Assembly: GCA_017634575.1 (NCBI GenBank)
Contig: JAGBND010000075.1
Span: 6,399 to 70,398, forward strand
DNA from: Bacillota bacterium
Lineage (GTDB): Bacteria > Bacillota > Clostridia > Lachnospirales > Bianqueaceae
Reading direction: 5' to 3'
Length of the DNA stretch: 64,000 nucleotides
In this document: one piece after another, positions 52,780-60,598 of the stretch
Layout of the letters: every line of letters starts with the position of its first letter
Numbering within the stretch: position 1 is the first letter of the stretch
Position numbers and translations under genes: made by a program
Notes under the pieces: model-generated
What the model was told of the DNA's origin: nothing
The model's input: the letters and a program-made list of their open reading frames with translations, nothing else
Database searches by the model: none

Positions 52780-53796
52780 TTGCTGTTTACAACAAATGTG
52801 GGAATTGATCTGGGAACCTCATCGGTTCTGGTCTATGTGAAAGGGAAGGGAATCGTATTAAAGGAACCTTCCGTTGTGGCTGTCAGAAAAGGCGAAATGA
52901 TCACGGTAGAAGCTGTTGGCGAAGAGGCGTCGAGGATGGTTGGACGTACCCCCGCCAACCTGGAGACGATTTTCCCTTTGGAGGGCGGCGTTATCTCGGA
53001 CTATACGTACTGTGAAAAAATGCTTCGCTATTATATGCAGAAAGCGGTGGGAAGGCCCTTCTTCCGTCCCGTTGTTGCCGTCTGCACGCCCTGCAGCATT
53101 ACGCAGGTTGAGCGGATGGCCATCGTGAAAACGCTGGAGCAGGTAGGGGCCAGAAGCGTTCATCTGATCGAGGAGCCGCTGGCCGCTGCCCTTGGCGCCG
53201 GGATTGATGTGGAGAAACCCGGCGGCTGCATGGTGGTGGACGTAGGAGGCGGTACGACGGATATAGCCGTGATCTCTATGGGAAAAACCATTGTCAGCGA
53301 TTCGATCCGCATAGCCGGCAACAACTTTGACCGGGATATTATCGCCTATATGAAGAAAAAGTATTCGCTGCACATCGGGCAGAAAACAGCGGAGCAGATT
53401 AAGATAGAAATCGGACAGGCCGATCATGGAGAGATCAGCCGTCAGATGGAGGTCATGGGACGGCATGCCATCAGCGGGCTTCCCTTTAAAGTTTCCGTAA
53501 CCGGCGGAGAAATCTGCGATACTCTTTCCGAGTCGGTTGAACAGCTCTCGGATGCAGTCATGGGCGTGCTGGAGAAAACGCCGCCCCAGCTGTCCTCTGA
53601 TATTGCCAGCCGCGGTATACTGATGACCGGCGGCGGCTCTCTGCTGCGCGGGCTGGACCGGGTGATTGCTGCCAAAACCGGCATGGATACCTTTGTGGCG
53701 GAGGATGCGGTTTTATCGGTGGCTATAGGAACCGGCCGGTTTGTGGACAGTCTGAACGGGAAAAAATCCATTTTCAGCAGAAAGAATACAAGATGA
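52780..53796 (+). CDS. mreB: MreB/Mbl-family actin-like rod-shape protein
   Basis: GIDLGTSSVLVY, EPLAAALGAG, DVGGGTTDIAVIS and MTGGGSLLRGLD. The TTG at 52780 lies 7 nt after GGAG; the ORF-track start at 52732 lies inside ispE. Confidence 0.85.
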   Translation: MLFTTNVGIDLGTSSVLVYVKGKGIVLKEPSVVAVRKGEMITVEAVGEEASRMVGRTPANLETIFPLEGGVISDYTYCEKMLRYYMQKAVGRPFFRPVVAVCTPCSITQVERMAIVKTLEQVGARSVHLIEEPLAAALGAGIDVEKPGGCMVVDVGGGTTDIAVISMGKTIVSDSIRIAGNNFDRDIIAYMKKKYSLHIGQKTAEQIKIEIGQADHGEISRQMEVMGRHAISGLPFKVSVTGGEICDTLSESVEQLSDAVMGVLEKTPPQLSSDIASRGILMTGGGSLLRGLDRVIAAKTGMDTFVAEDAVLSVAIGTGRFVDSLNGKKSIFSRKNTR

Positions 53797-56111
53797 CAGA
53801 TACGAAACTGCCTTCGGCGCCGGAGGAAAAAGTCTGCGGCTTTGTTTGGGACAGTATTTTCTCCAACGAAGATACCGGCTATCAGGTGCTGGAGATTGAA
53901 ACAGACGAGGGAGACCTTCAGACCATTGTCGGGATAATGCCGGATGTGGAAGTGGGAGAACGGATTGAGGCTTTCGGACGGATCAGAAATCATTCCACCT
54001 ACGGAGACCAGCTGGAGGTAGAAACATATATCAGGTCTCTGCCGGATGACGTGGAAAAAATGCAGCGTTATCTTGGATCAGGGATTATCAAGGGAGTCGG
54101 AGAATCCCTGGCCCACCGGATCACTGAAAAATTTAAGGAAAAAACCTTTTTCATTTTGGAGCAGGAGCCGGAACGGCTGGCGGAAATTAAAGGGATAAGC
54201 GCTCAAAAGGCGGCGCTGATCGGAGAACAGTTTGCCGAAAAAACGGCCTCCAGGCAGGCAATGATCCTGCTGCAGGAGATGGGGCTGACGCCTAAGATGG
54301 CCATGAAGGTCTATCAGGTTTTTGGAGCGAAAACCATACAGACCGTTAAAAGCAATCCCTATCTGCTGGCGGAAAAGGTGCAGGGGATCGGTTTTTATAA
54401 AGCGGATGAAATTGCTCAAAAAAGCGGGCTTGAGCCTGACAGTCCCGGGAGGATCCGCGGGGCCATCCGGTATGTGCTGCTGGAGGCGGCCCAGGAGGGC
54501 CACACCTATCTGCCTGAAAAGGAACTGATGGACCGGATCTACCGGCTGATCGGATTTGAAGGGGATATCATTGATGATGCCCTGGCTAAAGCACAGGTGG
54601 ACGGTCTGATTTTTCAAAAGCATGAAGAAGGCCAGGATCGGATTTTTCTGTCCATGTACTATCAGGCGGAACTTACCTGCGCCCGAAAACTGATTGCGCT
54701 AAAGGCGCTGTGGGAAGGAGAAATAGAAAGAGGGAACAAGGAACGGCTGGAAGAGCGGATTTCGGCTGCCGAGAAAAGGCGGCATCTGACTTTGTCCGAT
54801 GACCAGCGGGAAGCTCTTTTTATGGCTTTAACCTCCGGAGTGTCTATTATTACCGGCGGACCGGGAACCGGCAAAACTACCATTATCCGGATTCTGCTGG
54901 ATGTGCTGACGGACAGTCACTCTAAGGTGCTTCTGGCCGCTCCCACCGGCAGGGCTGCCAAACGGATGAATGAAGCCTGTGAATGGGATGCCAGAACCAT
55001 CCATCGGATGCTGGAAATCCAGACGGCTTCTTTTGAAGACGGAGAACGGCAGCAGTTTGCAAGAAATGAGACGAATCCCCTTGAAGCGGATGTTGTGATT
55101 GTTGACGAAGCCTCCATGATCGATGTGCTGCTGATGAGCCATCTGCTTAAGGCGGTGCCGGAGGGAGCCAGGCTGGTGATGCTGGGAGACAAGGATCAGC
55201 TTCCTTCGGTAGGACCGGGAAATGTATTAAAAGACATGATCCTCAGCGGCCTTATCCCCGTTAAATATCTGGAGCATATATACCGTCAGGCGCAGCAGAG
55301 CGATATTGTGGTTAATGCGCACCGGATTAACCAGGGGCAAATGCTTCTCATTCCGCCTTCTCAGAAGCATACGGATTTTTTCCTCATGAAGCGGACAAAA
55401 GCGGAGGATATTCTGCAGACGACGCTGGACGTGGTAAAAGACCGGTTTCCCCGGTTCGCCCATGTTTCCAGCATCGATGATATTCAGGTGCTGTCTCCCA
55501 TGAAAAAAGGCCCTCTGGGCGTTTACAGCCTGAATGAACGGCTGCAGGATGCGCTCAACCCGGCGCAAAAAAAGAAAAAGATGCTGAAAAGCGGGCTTTA
55601 TACCTTCCGGGAAGGGGATAAGGTTATTCAGACCAAGAACAATTATGAACTGGAATGGTCTGTCCGCAATAAGTATGGATATGCCCTGGATGAGGGGAAG
55701 GGCGTCTTTAACGGCGACGTGGGAAGAATTAAATCCATCAGCGAAAAAGGCGTTGAAGTGCTGTTTGATGGCTCCCGGCATGTGCTGTATGATTTGTCTT
55801 CTCTTTCGCAGCTGGAGCTGGCCTACGCCATAACCATCCATAAAGCCCAGGGAACGGAATCGCCGGTGATTGTCATTCCTGTTTTTGAAGGACCGGATAT
55901 TCTGTTTACCAGAAACCTCCTCTATACCGGCGTTACCAGAGCCAGAAAATATGTCGTGATTATCGGTAAATATCAGAGTATTGTCAGGATGATCGAAAAC
56001 GATCGGCAGACCGTTCGGTTTTCTTCATTGACCCAAAGGCTGGCGGAGAGCAGCATGCAGGAGCAGGAGATCCAGAGAATTCTTCATGAGCTTACAGAAA
56101 AAGAATCCTGA
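53793..56111 (+). CDS. recD2: RecD2-type SF1B ATP-dependent DNA helicase
   Basis: Walker A GGPGTGKTT, VDEASM (motif II), HhH-rich N-terminal region, and C-terminal SH3-like plus AITIHKAQGTE motif. Confidence 0.88.
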   Translation: MTDTKLPSAPEEKVCGFVWDSIFSNEDTGYQVLEIETDEGDLQTIVGIMPDVEVGERIEAFGRIRNHSTYGDQLEVETYIRSLPDDVEKMQRYLGSGIIKGVGESLAHRITEKFKEKTFFILEQEPERLAEIKGISAQKAALIGEQFAEKTASRQAMILLQEMGLTPKMAMKVYQVFGAKTIQTVKSNPYLLAEKVQGIGFYKADEIAQKSGLEPDSPGRIRGAIRYVLLEAAQEGHTYLPEKELMDRIYRLIGFEGDIIDDALAKAQVDGLIFQKHEEGQDRIFLSMYYQAELTCARKLIALKALWEGEIERGNKERLEERISAAEKRRHLTLSDDQREALFMALTSGVSIITGGPGTGKTTIIRILLDVLTDSHSKVLLAAPTGRAAKRMNEACEWDARTIHRMLEIQTASFEDGERQQFARNETNPLEADVVIVDEASMIDVLLMSHLLKAVPEGARLVMLGDKDQLPSVGPGNVLKDMILSGLIPVKYLEHIYRQAQQSDIVVNAHRINQGQMLLIPPSQKHTDFFLMKRTKAEDILQTTLDVVKDRFPRFAHVSSIDDIQVLSPMKKGPLGVYSLNERLQDALNPAQKKKKMLKSGLYTFREGDKVIQTKNNYELEWSVRNKYGYALDEGKGVFNGDVGRIKSISEKGVEVLFDGSRHVLYDLSSLSQLELAYAITIHKAQGTESPVIVIPVFEGPDILFTRNLLYTGVTRARKYVVIIGKYQSIVRMIENDRQTVRFSSLTQRLAESSMQEQEIQRILHELTEKES

Positions 56112-56862
56112 TCGTTCAGGCATCGGAAAGCGCGCAGTCAATCTTTTCTACCCGAAACGATGCTTCATGTGCAGAGATCTTATCGATCCGGAGGATAACC
56201 AGGCGCTTTTGCGATATTCCGGGATGGGGCTTTGCCCATCCTGCAGCGCAGAGCCCTACAGAATCAAGTATGCATCGCCTGATCGGGCAGCTGCCTGCTT
56301 TTTATATGAAGGAAATCTCAGAAGAGCTGTATTTGATCTGAAATATAATGGAAGAAAAAGCTATGGGCGTTATTTTGCGGCCTTGATGCTGGAAGATGAA
56401 AAGATGAGGGATTATCTCCGATCCTTCGATGTTCTTTGCCCTGTTCCCATCAGTCCGCAGCGAATGAAAAGCCGCGGCTACAATCAGGCGGCCCTGTTGA
56501 CGGAAGGCCTGTGCGCGCTCCTTGATACGAGGTTTGAGGATCTTCTGGTGAGAAAGAAAGATACCAAGGCGCTGAAGGGCCTCGACAAGAATGAACGGGT
56601 CCGTATGCTTTCGGGCGCTTTTGACTGCAGCGCGCGGTACCTGGAAATGCTGAATTCCGGCAGCATCCCGGGGAAAATCCTGATCGTGGATGATATTGCC
56701 ACCACGGGAACCACCCTGGAAAAGTGCCGGCAGGCGCTCCTTTCTCCTTTTGAGGCCGGTTTGGCGAATGCCGGCGGGCAATTCATGGATGAAACGGCGC
56801 TTATGGCGGCGCCTGAAATACATACCCTCGCTTTTTGCACAGAATATGAAGATAATACTTGA
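56086..56862 (+). CDS. comFC: ComF-family protein (ComFC; zinc-finger plus phosphoribosyltransferase domain)
   Basis: N-terminal CFMC...CPSC zinc ribbon and PRTase motif ILIVDDIATTGTTL. It follows recD2 as in many Firmicutes. Confidence 0.82.
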   Translation: MSLQKKNPDRSGIGKRAVNLFYPKRCFMCRDLIDPEDNQALLRYSGMGLCPSCSAEPYRIKYASPDRAAACFLYEGNLRRAVFDLKYNGRKSYGRYFAALMLEDEKMRDYLRSFDVLCPVPISPQRMKSRGYNQAALLTEGLCALLDTRFEDLLVRKKDTKALKGLDKNERVRMLSGAFDCSARYLEMLNSGSIPGKILIVDDIATTGTTLEKCRQALLSPFEAGLANAGGQFMDETALMAAPEIHTLAFCTEYEDNT

Positions 56863-56887
56863 CAAAGAACCCGACCTGTGGTAGACT
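56859..56887 (+). promoter_or_regulatory. putative promoter of rpmG-secE-nusG, overlapping the comFC stop
   Basis: TTGACA (56859-56864), 17 nt spacer, TAGACT (56882-56887), preceded by GTGg (extended -10). Confidence 0.5.
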
Positions 56888-57006
56888 CGAAAAGCTAACT
56901 CGGTAGGGTTCTTTTTTTGTGTGCAATTTGATTTCCCTGTCACTTTGCAGCAGTGAAGTTCCCTGCTTTAGTGAAAGCAAGAATCTAACCAATGGAGGTG
57001 GAAATC

Positions 57007-57156
57007 GTGCGAACCAGAATCACTCTCGAGTGCACAGATTGTAAACAGCGGAATTACAACACCACGAAAGACAAAAAGAAACACCCCGATCGGATGGAAA
57101 CCAAAAAATACTGCCGTTTCTGTCACAAGCATACTGTCCATAAGGAGACCAGATGA
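57007..57156 (+). CDS. rpmG: 50S ribosomal protein L33 (not in the ORF track; 49 aa)
   Basis: My translation is [49 protein letters not shown], with the CxxC...CxxC zinc ribbon. GTG start 7 nt after GGAGGTGG. Confidence 0.9.
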   Translation: MRTRITLECTDCKQRNYNTTKDKKKHPDRMETKKYCRFCHKHTVHKETR

Positions 57157-57332
57157 TCAGCTTTAAAGAACTCCGCGGCGAGTTCAAAAAAATCACATGG
57201 CCTGGCCGTAAAGAAGTAGTCAAGAAGACTGCCATCACACTGGCTGTGTGTGCGATCATGTCAGCAGTTATCGCTCTTTACGATCTGTTCTTCAACTGGA
57301 TTATGCGCGGACTGGAAGATATTTTCCTATAA
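57153..57332 (+). CDS. secE: preprotein translocase subunit SecE (not in the ORF track; 59 aa)
   Basis: My translation is [59 protein letters not shown], with the KITWP motif and one TM. The ATG overlaps the rpmG stop (ATGA). It sits at the canonical position before nusG. Confidence 0.88.
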   Translation: MISFKELRGEFKKITWPGRKEVVKKTAITLAVCAIMSAVIALYDLFFNWIMRGLEDIFL

Positions 57333-57354
57333 GTTTTGTAAAGGATGAGTTCTT

Positions 57355-57873
57355 ATGGCAGATGAAGCTAAGTGGTATGTTGTCCACACTTACTCGGGTT
57401 ACGAGAATAAGGTAAAAGACAGCATTCAGAAAACGGTTCTCAACCGAGGTATGCAGGATCGTATTCTGGAGGTGGAAGTCCCGCTGGAAGACAGTGTGGA
57501 AGAAAAGAACGGCAGACAGGTCGTTGTGCAGAGGAAGGTATTTCCCGGCTATGTGCTGATTAACATGGTCATGGATGACGATACATGGTATGTTGTTCGC
57601 AATACCCGCGGTGTGACAGGCTTTGTTGGGCCCGGATCCAAGCCGGTAGCGCTGTCTGACGAAGAAGTCAGAAAACTGGGAATCAGTTCGGCACAGTTCA
57701 AGATTGATGTGGAATTGGGCGAAAGTGTGCAGATCATGGACGGTCCGTTTGAGGGATCAGTCGGTGAAGTCACCGAGATCAGACCTCAGGACGGCATCGT
57801 TGTTGTGGCATTGTCCATTTTTGGACGTGAAACGCCAGTCGAAATCAGTTTCGAACATATTAAAAAGATTTAA
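57355..57873 (+). CDS. nusG: transcription termination/antitermination factor NusG
   Basis: KWYVVHTYSGYENKV NGN domain and a C-terminal KOW domain (VQIMDGPFEGSVGEV). Confidence 0.95.
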   Translation: MADEAKWYVVHTYSGYENKVKDSIQKTVLNRGMQDRILEVEVPLEDSVEEKNGRQVVVQRKVFPGYVLINMVMDDDTWYVVRNTRGVTGFVGPGSKPVALSDEEVRKLGISSAQFKIDVELGESVQIMDGPFEGSVGEVTEIRPQDGIVVVALSIFGRETPVEISFEHIKKI

Positions 57874-57906
57874 GGTTTTCATTCAACCATGGAGGTGTAA
57901 AAGAGA

Positions 57907-58332
57907 ATGGCAAAGAAAATTACAGGATATATCAAGCTGCAGATCCCGGCAGGCAAAGCAACTCCTGCTCCTCCGGTAGGTCCTGCGCTTGGTCAGCACG
58001 GCGTTAATATTCCTGCGTTTACCAAGGAATTCAATGCGCGTACTGCTAACGAAGCAGGAATGATCATTCCTGTCATCATCACCGTCTATGCGGATAAGAG
58101 CTTCACTTTTGTGACAAAGACTCCCCCCGCTGCGGTTCTGATCAAAAAGGCTTGCGGAATCGAATCCGGTTCAGGCAGCCCCAAGGCAAATAAGGTTGCA
58201 ACAATCAGCAAGGCTCAGGTAGAAGAGATTGCCAAGCTGAAGCTGAAAGATCTGAATGCTGCATCCGTTGAAACTGCGATGAAAATGATCGCCGGTACTG
58301 CACGCAGCATGGGTGTTAAAGTAGAAGAATAA
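57907..58332 (+). CDS. rplK: 50S ribosomal protein L11
   Basis: [26 protein letters not shown] is the L11 signature. Confidence 0.97.
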   Translation: MAKKITGYIKLQIPAGKATPAPPVGPALGQHGVNIPAFTKEFNARTANEAGMIIPVIITVYADKSFTFVTKTPPAAVLIKKACGIESGSGSPKANKVATISKAQVEEIAKLKLKDLNAASVETAMKMIAGTARSMGVKVEE

Positions 58333-58335
58333 CGA

Positions 58336-58428
58336 GAGAGGCTGAAAAGACGGATCCGCTGCCGTCTTAGCTAGTGATCGTTGTGGGAGGGAGCATCCCC
58401 CCGTTATTACCACATGGAGGTTTACAAG
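58336..58428 (+). promoter_or_regulatory. structured rplK-rplA spacer; candidate L1 autoregulatory leader
   Basis: Two hairpins: aagacgg-atccgctg-ccgtctt (58347-58368) and ggg(a)ggg-agcat-cccccc (58385-58402), directly before the rplA RBS. The functional assignment is inferred. Confidence 0.3.
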
Positions 58429-59124
58429 ATGAAAAGAAGTAGAAGATATCAGGAAGCAGCCGGCAAGTTCGACAAACAGCAGCAGCTCGGTCCTGTTGAG
58501 GCGATCGAGACTGTACTGAATACCGCTTCTGCTAAGTTTGATGAAACCATCGAAGCTCATATTAAACTGGGCGTTGATGGCCGTCATGCTGATCAGCAGG
58601 TTCGCGGCGCTGTTGTTCTTCCGAACGGAACCGGTAAATCTGTTCGCGTTCTTGTCTTTGCCAAGGGAGACAAAGCCAAGGAAGCGGAAGCAGCCGGCGC
58701 TGATTTTGTCGGAGCCGAGGAGCTCGTCCAGAAAATCCAGAAGGAAAACTGGTTTGATTTCGATGTAGTCGTCGCAACTCCCGATATGATGGGCGTTGTC
58801 GGACGTCTCGGCCGTGTGCTTGGTCCGAAGGGCCTGATGCCCAACCCCAAGTCCGGCACTGTTACCATGAACCTTACTCAGGCTATTGCCGACATCAAAG
58901 CCGGTAAAGTTGAGTACCGTCTGGACAAGACCAACATTATCCATGTTACCTTTGGAAAAGCTTCCTTCGGCGCTGAAAAGCTTGCTGAGAACTACAGAAC
59001 TCTTATTGGTGCTATTATAAAAGCCAAACCTGCGGCTGCAAAAGGACAGTATATCCGCAGCCTGACGTTCAGCTCTACCATGGGCCCCGGCGTCAAAGTC
59101 AATCCTTCCCGCGCAGAAGAATAA
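58429..59124 (+). CDS. rplA: 50S ribosomal protein L1
   Basis: [14 protein letters not shown]...[14 protein letters not shown] is typical of L1. The ATG at 58429 is preceded by GGAGG; the ORF-track start at 58381 is an extension. Confidence 0.96.
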   Translation: MKRSRRYQEAAGKFDKQQQLGPVEAIETVLNTASAKFDETIEAHIKLGVDGRHADQQVRGAVVLPNGTGKSVRVLVFAKGDKAKEAEAAGADFVGAEELVQKIQKENWFDFDVVVATPDMMGVVGRLGRVLGPKGLMPNPKSGTVTMNLTQAIADIKAGKVEYRLDKTNIIHVTFGKASFGAEKLAENYRTLIGAIIKAKPAAAKGQYIRSLTFSSTMGPGVKVNPSRAEE

Positions 59125-59179
59125 TCCATATCCTGCTCGAAGGAGCGGGCAGCGCGTGCGCCCAGGCGCAATCGAAGTA

Positions 59180-59208
59180 TTGACAATTTCAAACTGTTAT
59201 GTTAGAAT
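59180..59208 (+). promoter_or_regulatory. near-consensus promoter of rplJL
   Basis: TTGACA (59180-59185), 17 nt spacer, TAGAAT (59203-59208), preceded by TGt (extended -10). Confidence 0.6.
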
Positions 59209-59475
59209 CTTCGCTGTTTGGATGCATCTTCATTTTGAAAATGCGTCCGGCAGTGAATATAGCCGAAGACAGCAGGCGGCCAAAAGGCCTTAATTACCGG
59301 AGAAGCTGAAACAAACGGGATTTCTCGGAAGTTTCACATCCGCCGGCAGCCAGCCGAGGTTACGATCATACGAGAATATGTTGATCCGCCCTTGTCTTCG
59401 CCTGAAACAAGGGCGTTTTCTTTATATCAGAGAAAACGCCTGGAAAGGCAAAAATCTGATAGGAGGTAAAAAACA
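59209..59475 (+). ncRNA. ribosomal protein L10 leader (cis-regulatory 5' UTR of rplJL) with an attenuator terminator
   Basis: About 265-nt untranslated leader between a strong promoter and rplJ. It contains an intrinsic terminator: cgcccttgt (59387-59395) pairs with acaagggcg (59407-59415), followed by ttttcttt. Position and length fit the Firmicute L10 leader. Confidence 0.6.
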
Positions 59476-59985
59476 ATGGCCAAAATTGAAGCAAAACAGG
59501 TTGTCGTTAATGAAATTAAAGACAAACTGGAAAGAGCTCAGGGTGTTGTTCTGGTTAGCTCACGCGGTCTGACCGTTGCGCAGGATACTGAAATGCGCCG
59601 TGCAATGCGTGAAGCCGGCGTGGACTTCAAAGTCTACAAGAACACGATGGTTAATTTCGCCATCAAGGATACTCCCTTCGAGCCTCTTGCTTCCCAGCTG
59701 GAAGGCCCCACCGCTGTTGCATTCAGCTACGATGATGCAACTTCCGGAGCCCGCGTGCTGGACAAGTTCGTTTCTTCCATCGAGCCCCTGACCCTTAAGG
59801 CCGGTGTGTTCGAAGGTACCTATTACGATGCTGAGGATGTTGCCAAGATCGGTAAGATTCCTCCGAGGGAACAGCTGCTCTCCCGCTTGCTGGGAAGCTT
59901 CCAGTCTCCCATGGCATCTTTCGCCCGCGTTGTCAAGGAAATTGCCAAGAAAAACGGCGGCGAAACCGCAGAAGCAGCTGAATAA
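59476..59985 (+). CDS. rplJ: 50S ribosomal protein L10
   Basis: 169 aa with a typical L10 N-terminus (KQVVVNEIKDKLERAQGVVLVSSRGLTVAQ). AGGAGG RBS. Confidence 0.96.
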   Translation: MAKIEAKQVVVNEIKDKLERAQGVVLVSSRGLTVAQDTEMRRAMREAGVDFKVYKNTMVNFAIKDTPFEPLASQLEGPTAVAFSYDDATSGARVLDKFVSSIEPLTLKAGVFEGTYYDAEDVAKIGKIPPREQLLSRLLGSFQSPMASFARVVKEIAKKNGGETAEAAE

Positions 59986-60036
59986 TCGGCTGATCATTAC
60001 TAACAATCCACACAATTAATTACGGAGGATATTATC

Positions 60037-60408
60037 ATGGCTAAACTTAGCGTACAAGAGATTATTGATGCTCTGAAAGAGCTCTCTGTTCTGGAACTGA
60101 ATGAACTGGTTACCGCTTGCGAAGAGACCTTTGGTGTTTCTGCTGCTGCCGGTGTTGCTGTCGTTGCAGCAGGTCCTGCTGCACAGGAAGAAGAGAAGAC
60201 CGAGTTTGATGTAGAACTGACCGAGATCGGCGATCAGAAGATCAAGGTTATCAAGGTTGTTCGTGATGCTACCGGTCTTGGCCTGAAGGAAGCTAAAGAA
60301 CTCGTTGAGTCTGCTCCCAAGGTGGTCAAAGAAGGTCTTAAGAAGGAAGATGCTGAAGCTCTTCAGAAACAGCTTGAAGAAGTTGGAGCTAAAGTTACCC
60401 TTAAATAA
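60037..60408 (+). CDS. rplL: 50S ribosomal protein L7/L12
   Basis: The N-terminal dimerisation helix, Ala-rich hinge ([14 protein letters not shown]) and C-terminal [22 protein letters not shown] are diagnostic. Confidence 0.97.
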   Translation: MAKLSVQEIIDALKELSVLELNELVTACEETFGVSAAAGVAVVAAGPAAQEEEKTEFDVELTEIGDQKIKVIKVVRDATGLGLKEAKELVESAPKVVKEGLKKEDAEALQKQLEEVGAKVTLK

Positions 60409-60432
60409 GCTTCTGCCTTTTTTCCAGACGAT

Positions 60433-60464
60433 AAGCCTCCGGTTTTCCGGAGGCTTGTTTTTTT
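60433..60464 (+). terminator. intrinsic terminator or attenuator after rplL
   Basis: aagcctccgg-tttt-ccggaggctt followed by gttttttt. Confidence 0.85.
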
Positions 60465-60475
60465 GAAAAATATAC

Positions 60476-60504
60476 TTGACAAACTTGAAGATATTTGATA
60501 TTAT
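60476..60504 (+). promoter_or_regulatory. putative rpoB promoter
   Basis: TTGACA (60476-60481), 17 nt spacer, TATTAT (60499-60504). Confidence 0.55.
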
Positions 60505-60598
60505 CGTTAATTGCATTATATTGCGTTTTTATACCCTGATGTCTGAATAGACACCAGCCTTGTTTGTTCGCAAATTTTTCCAAGGGGTGAACGTATTT

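Noticed and set aside
59378-59572. Small ORFs inside leader or intergenic regions (59378-59572, 20694-20897, 43228-43413, 31244-31450).
   Set aside because: They have no RBS, they cross terminators or overlap real genes out of frame, and their composition is not protein-like.
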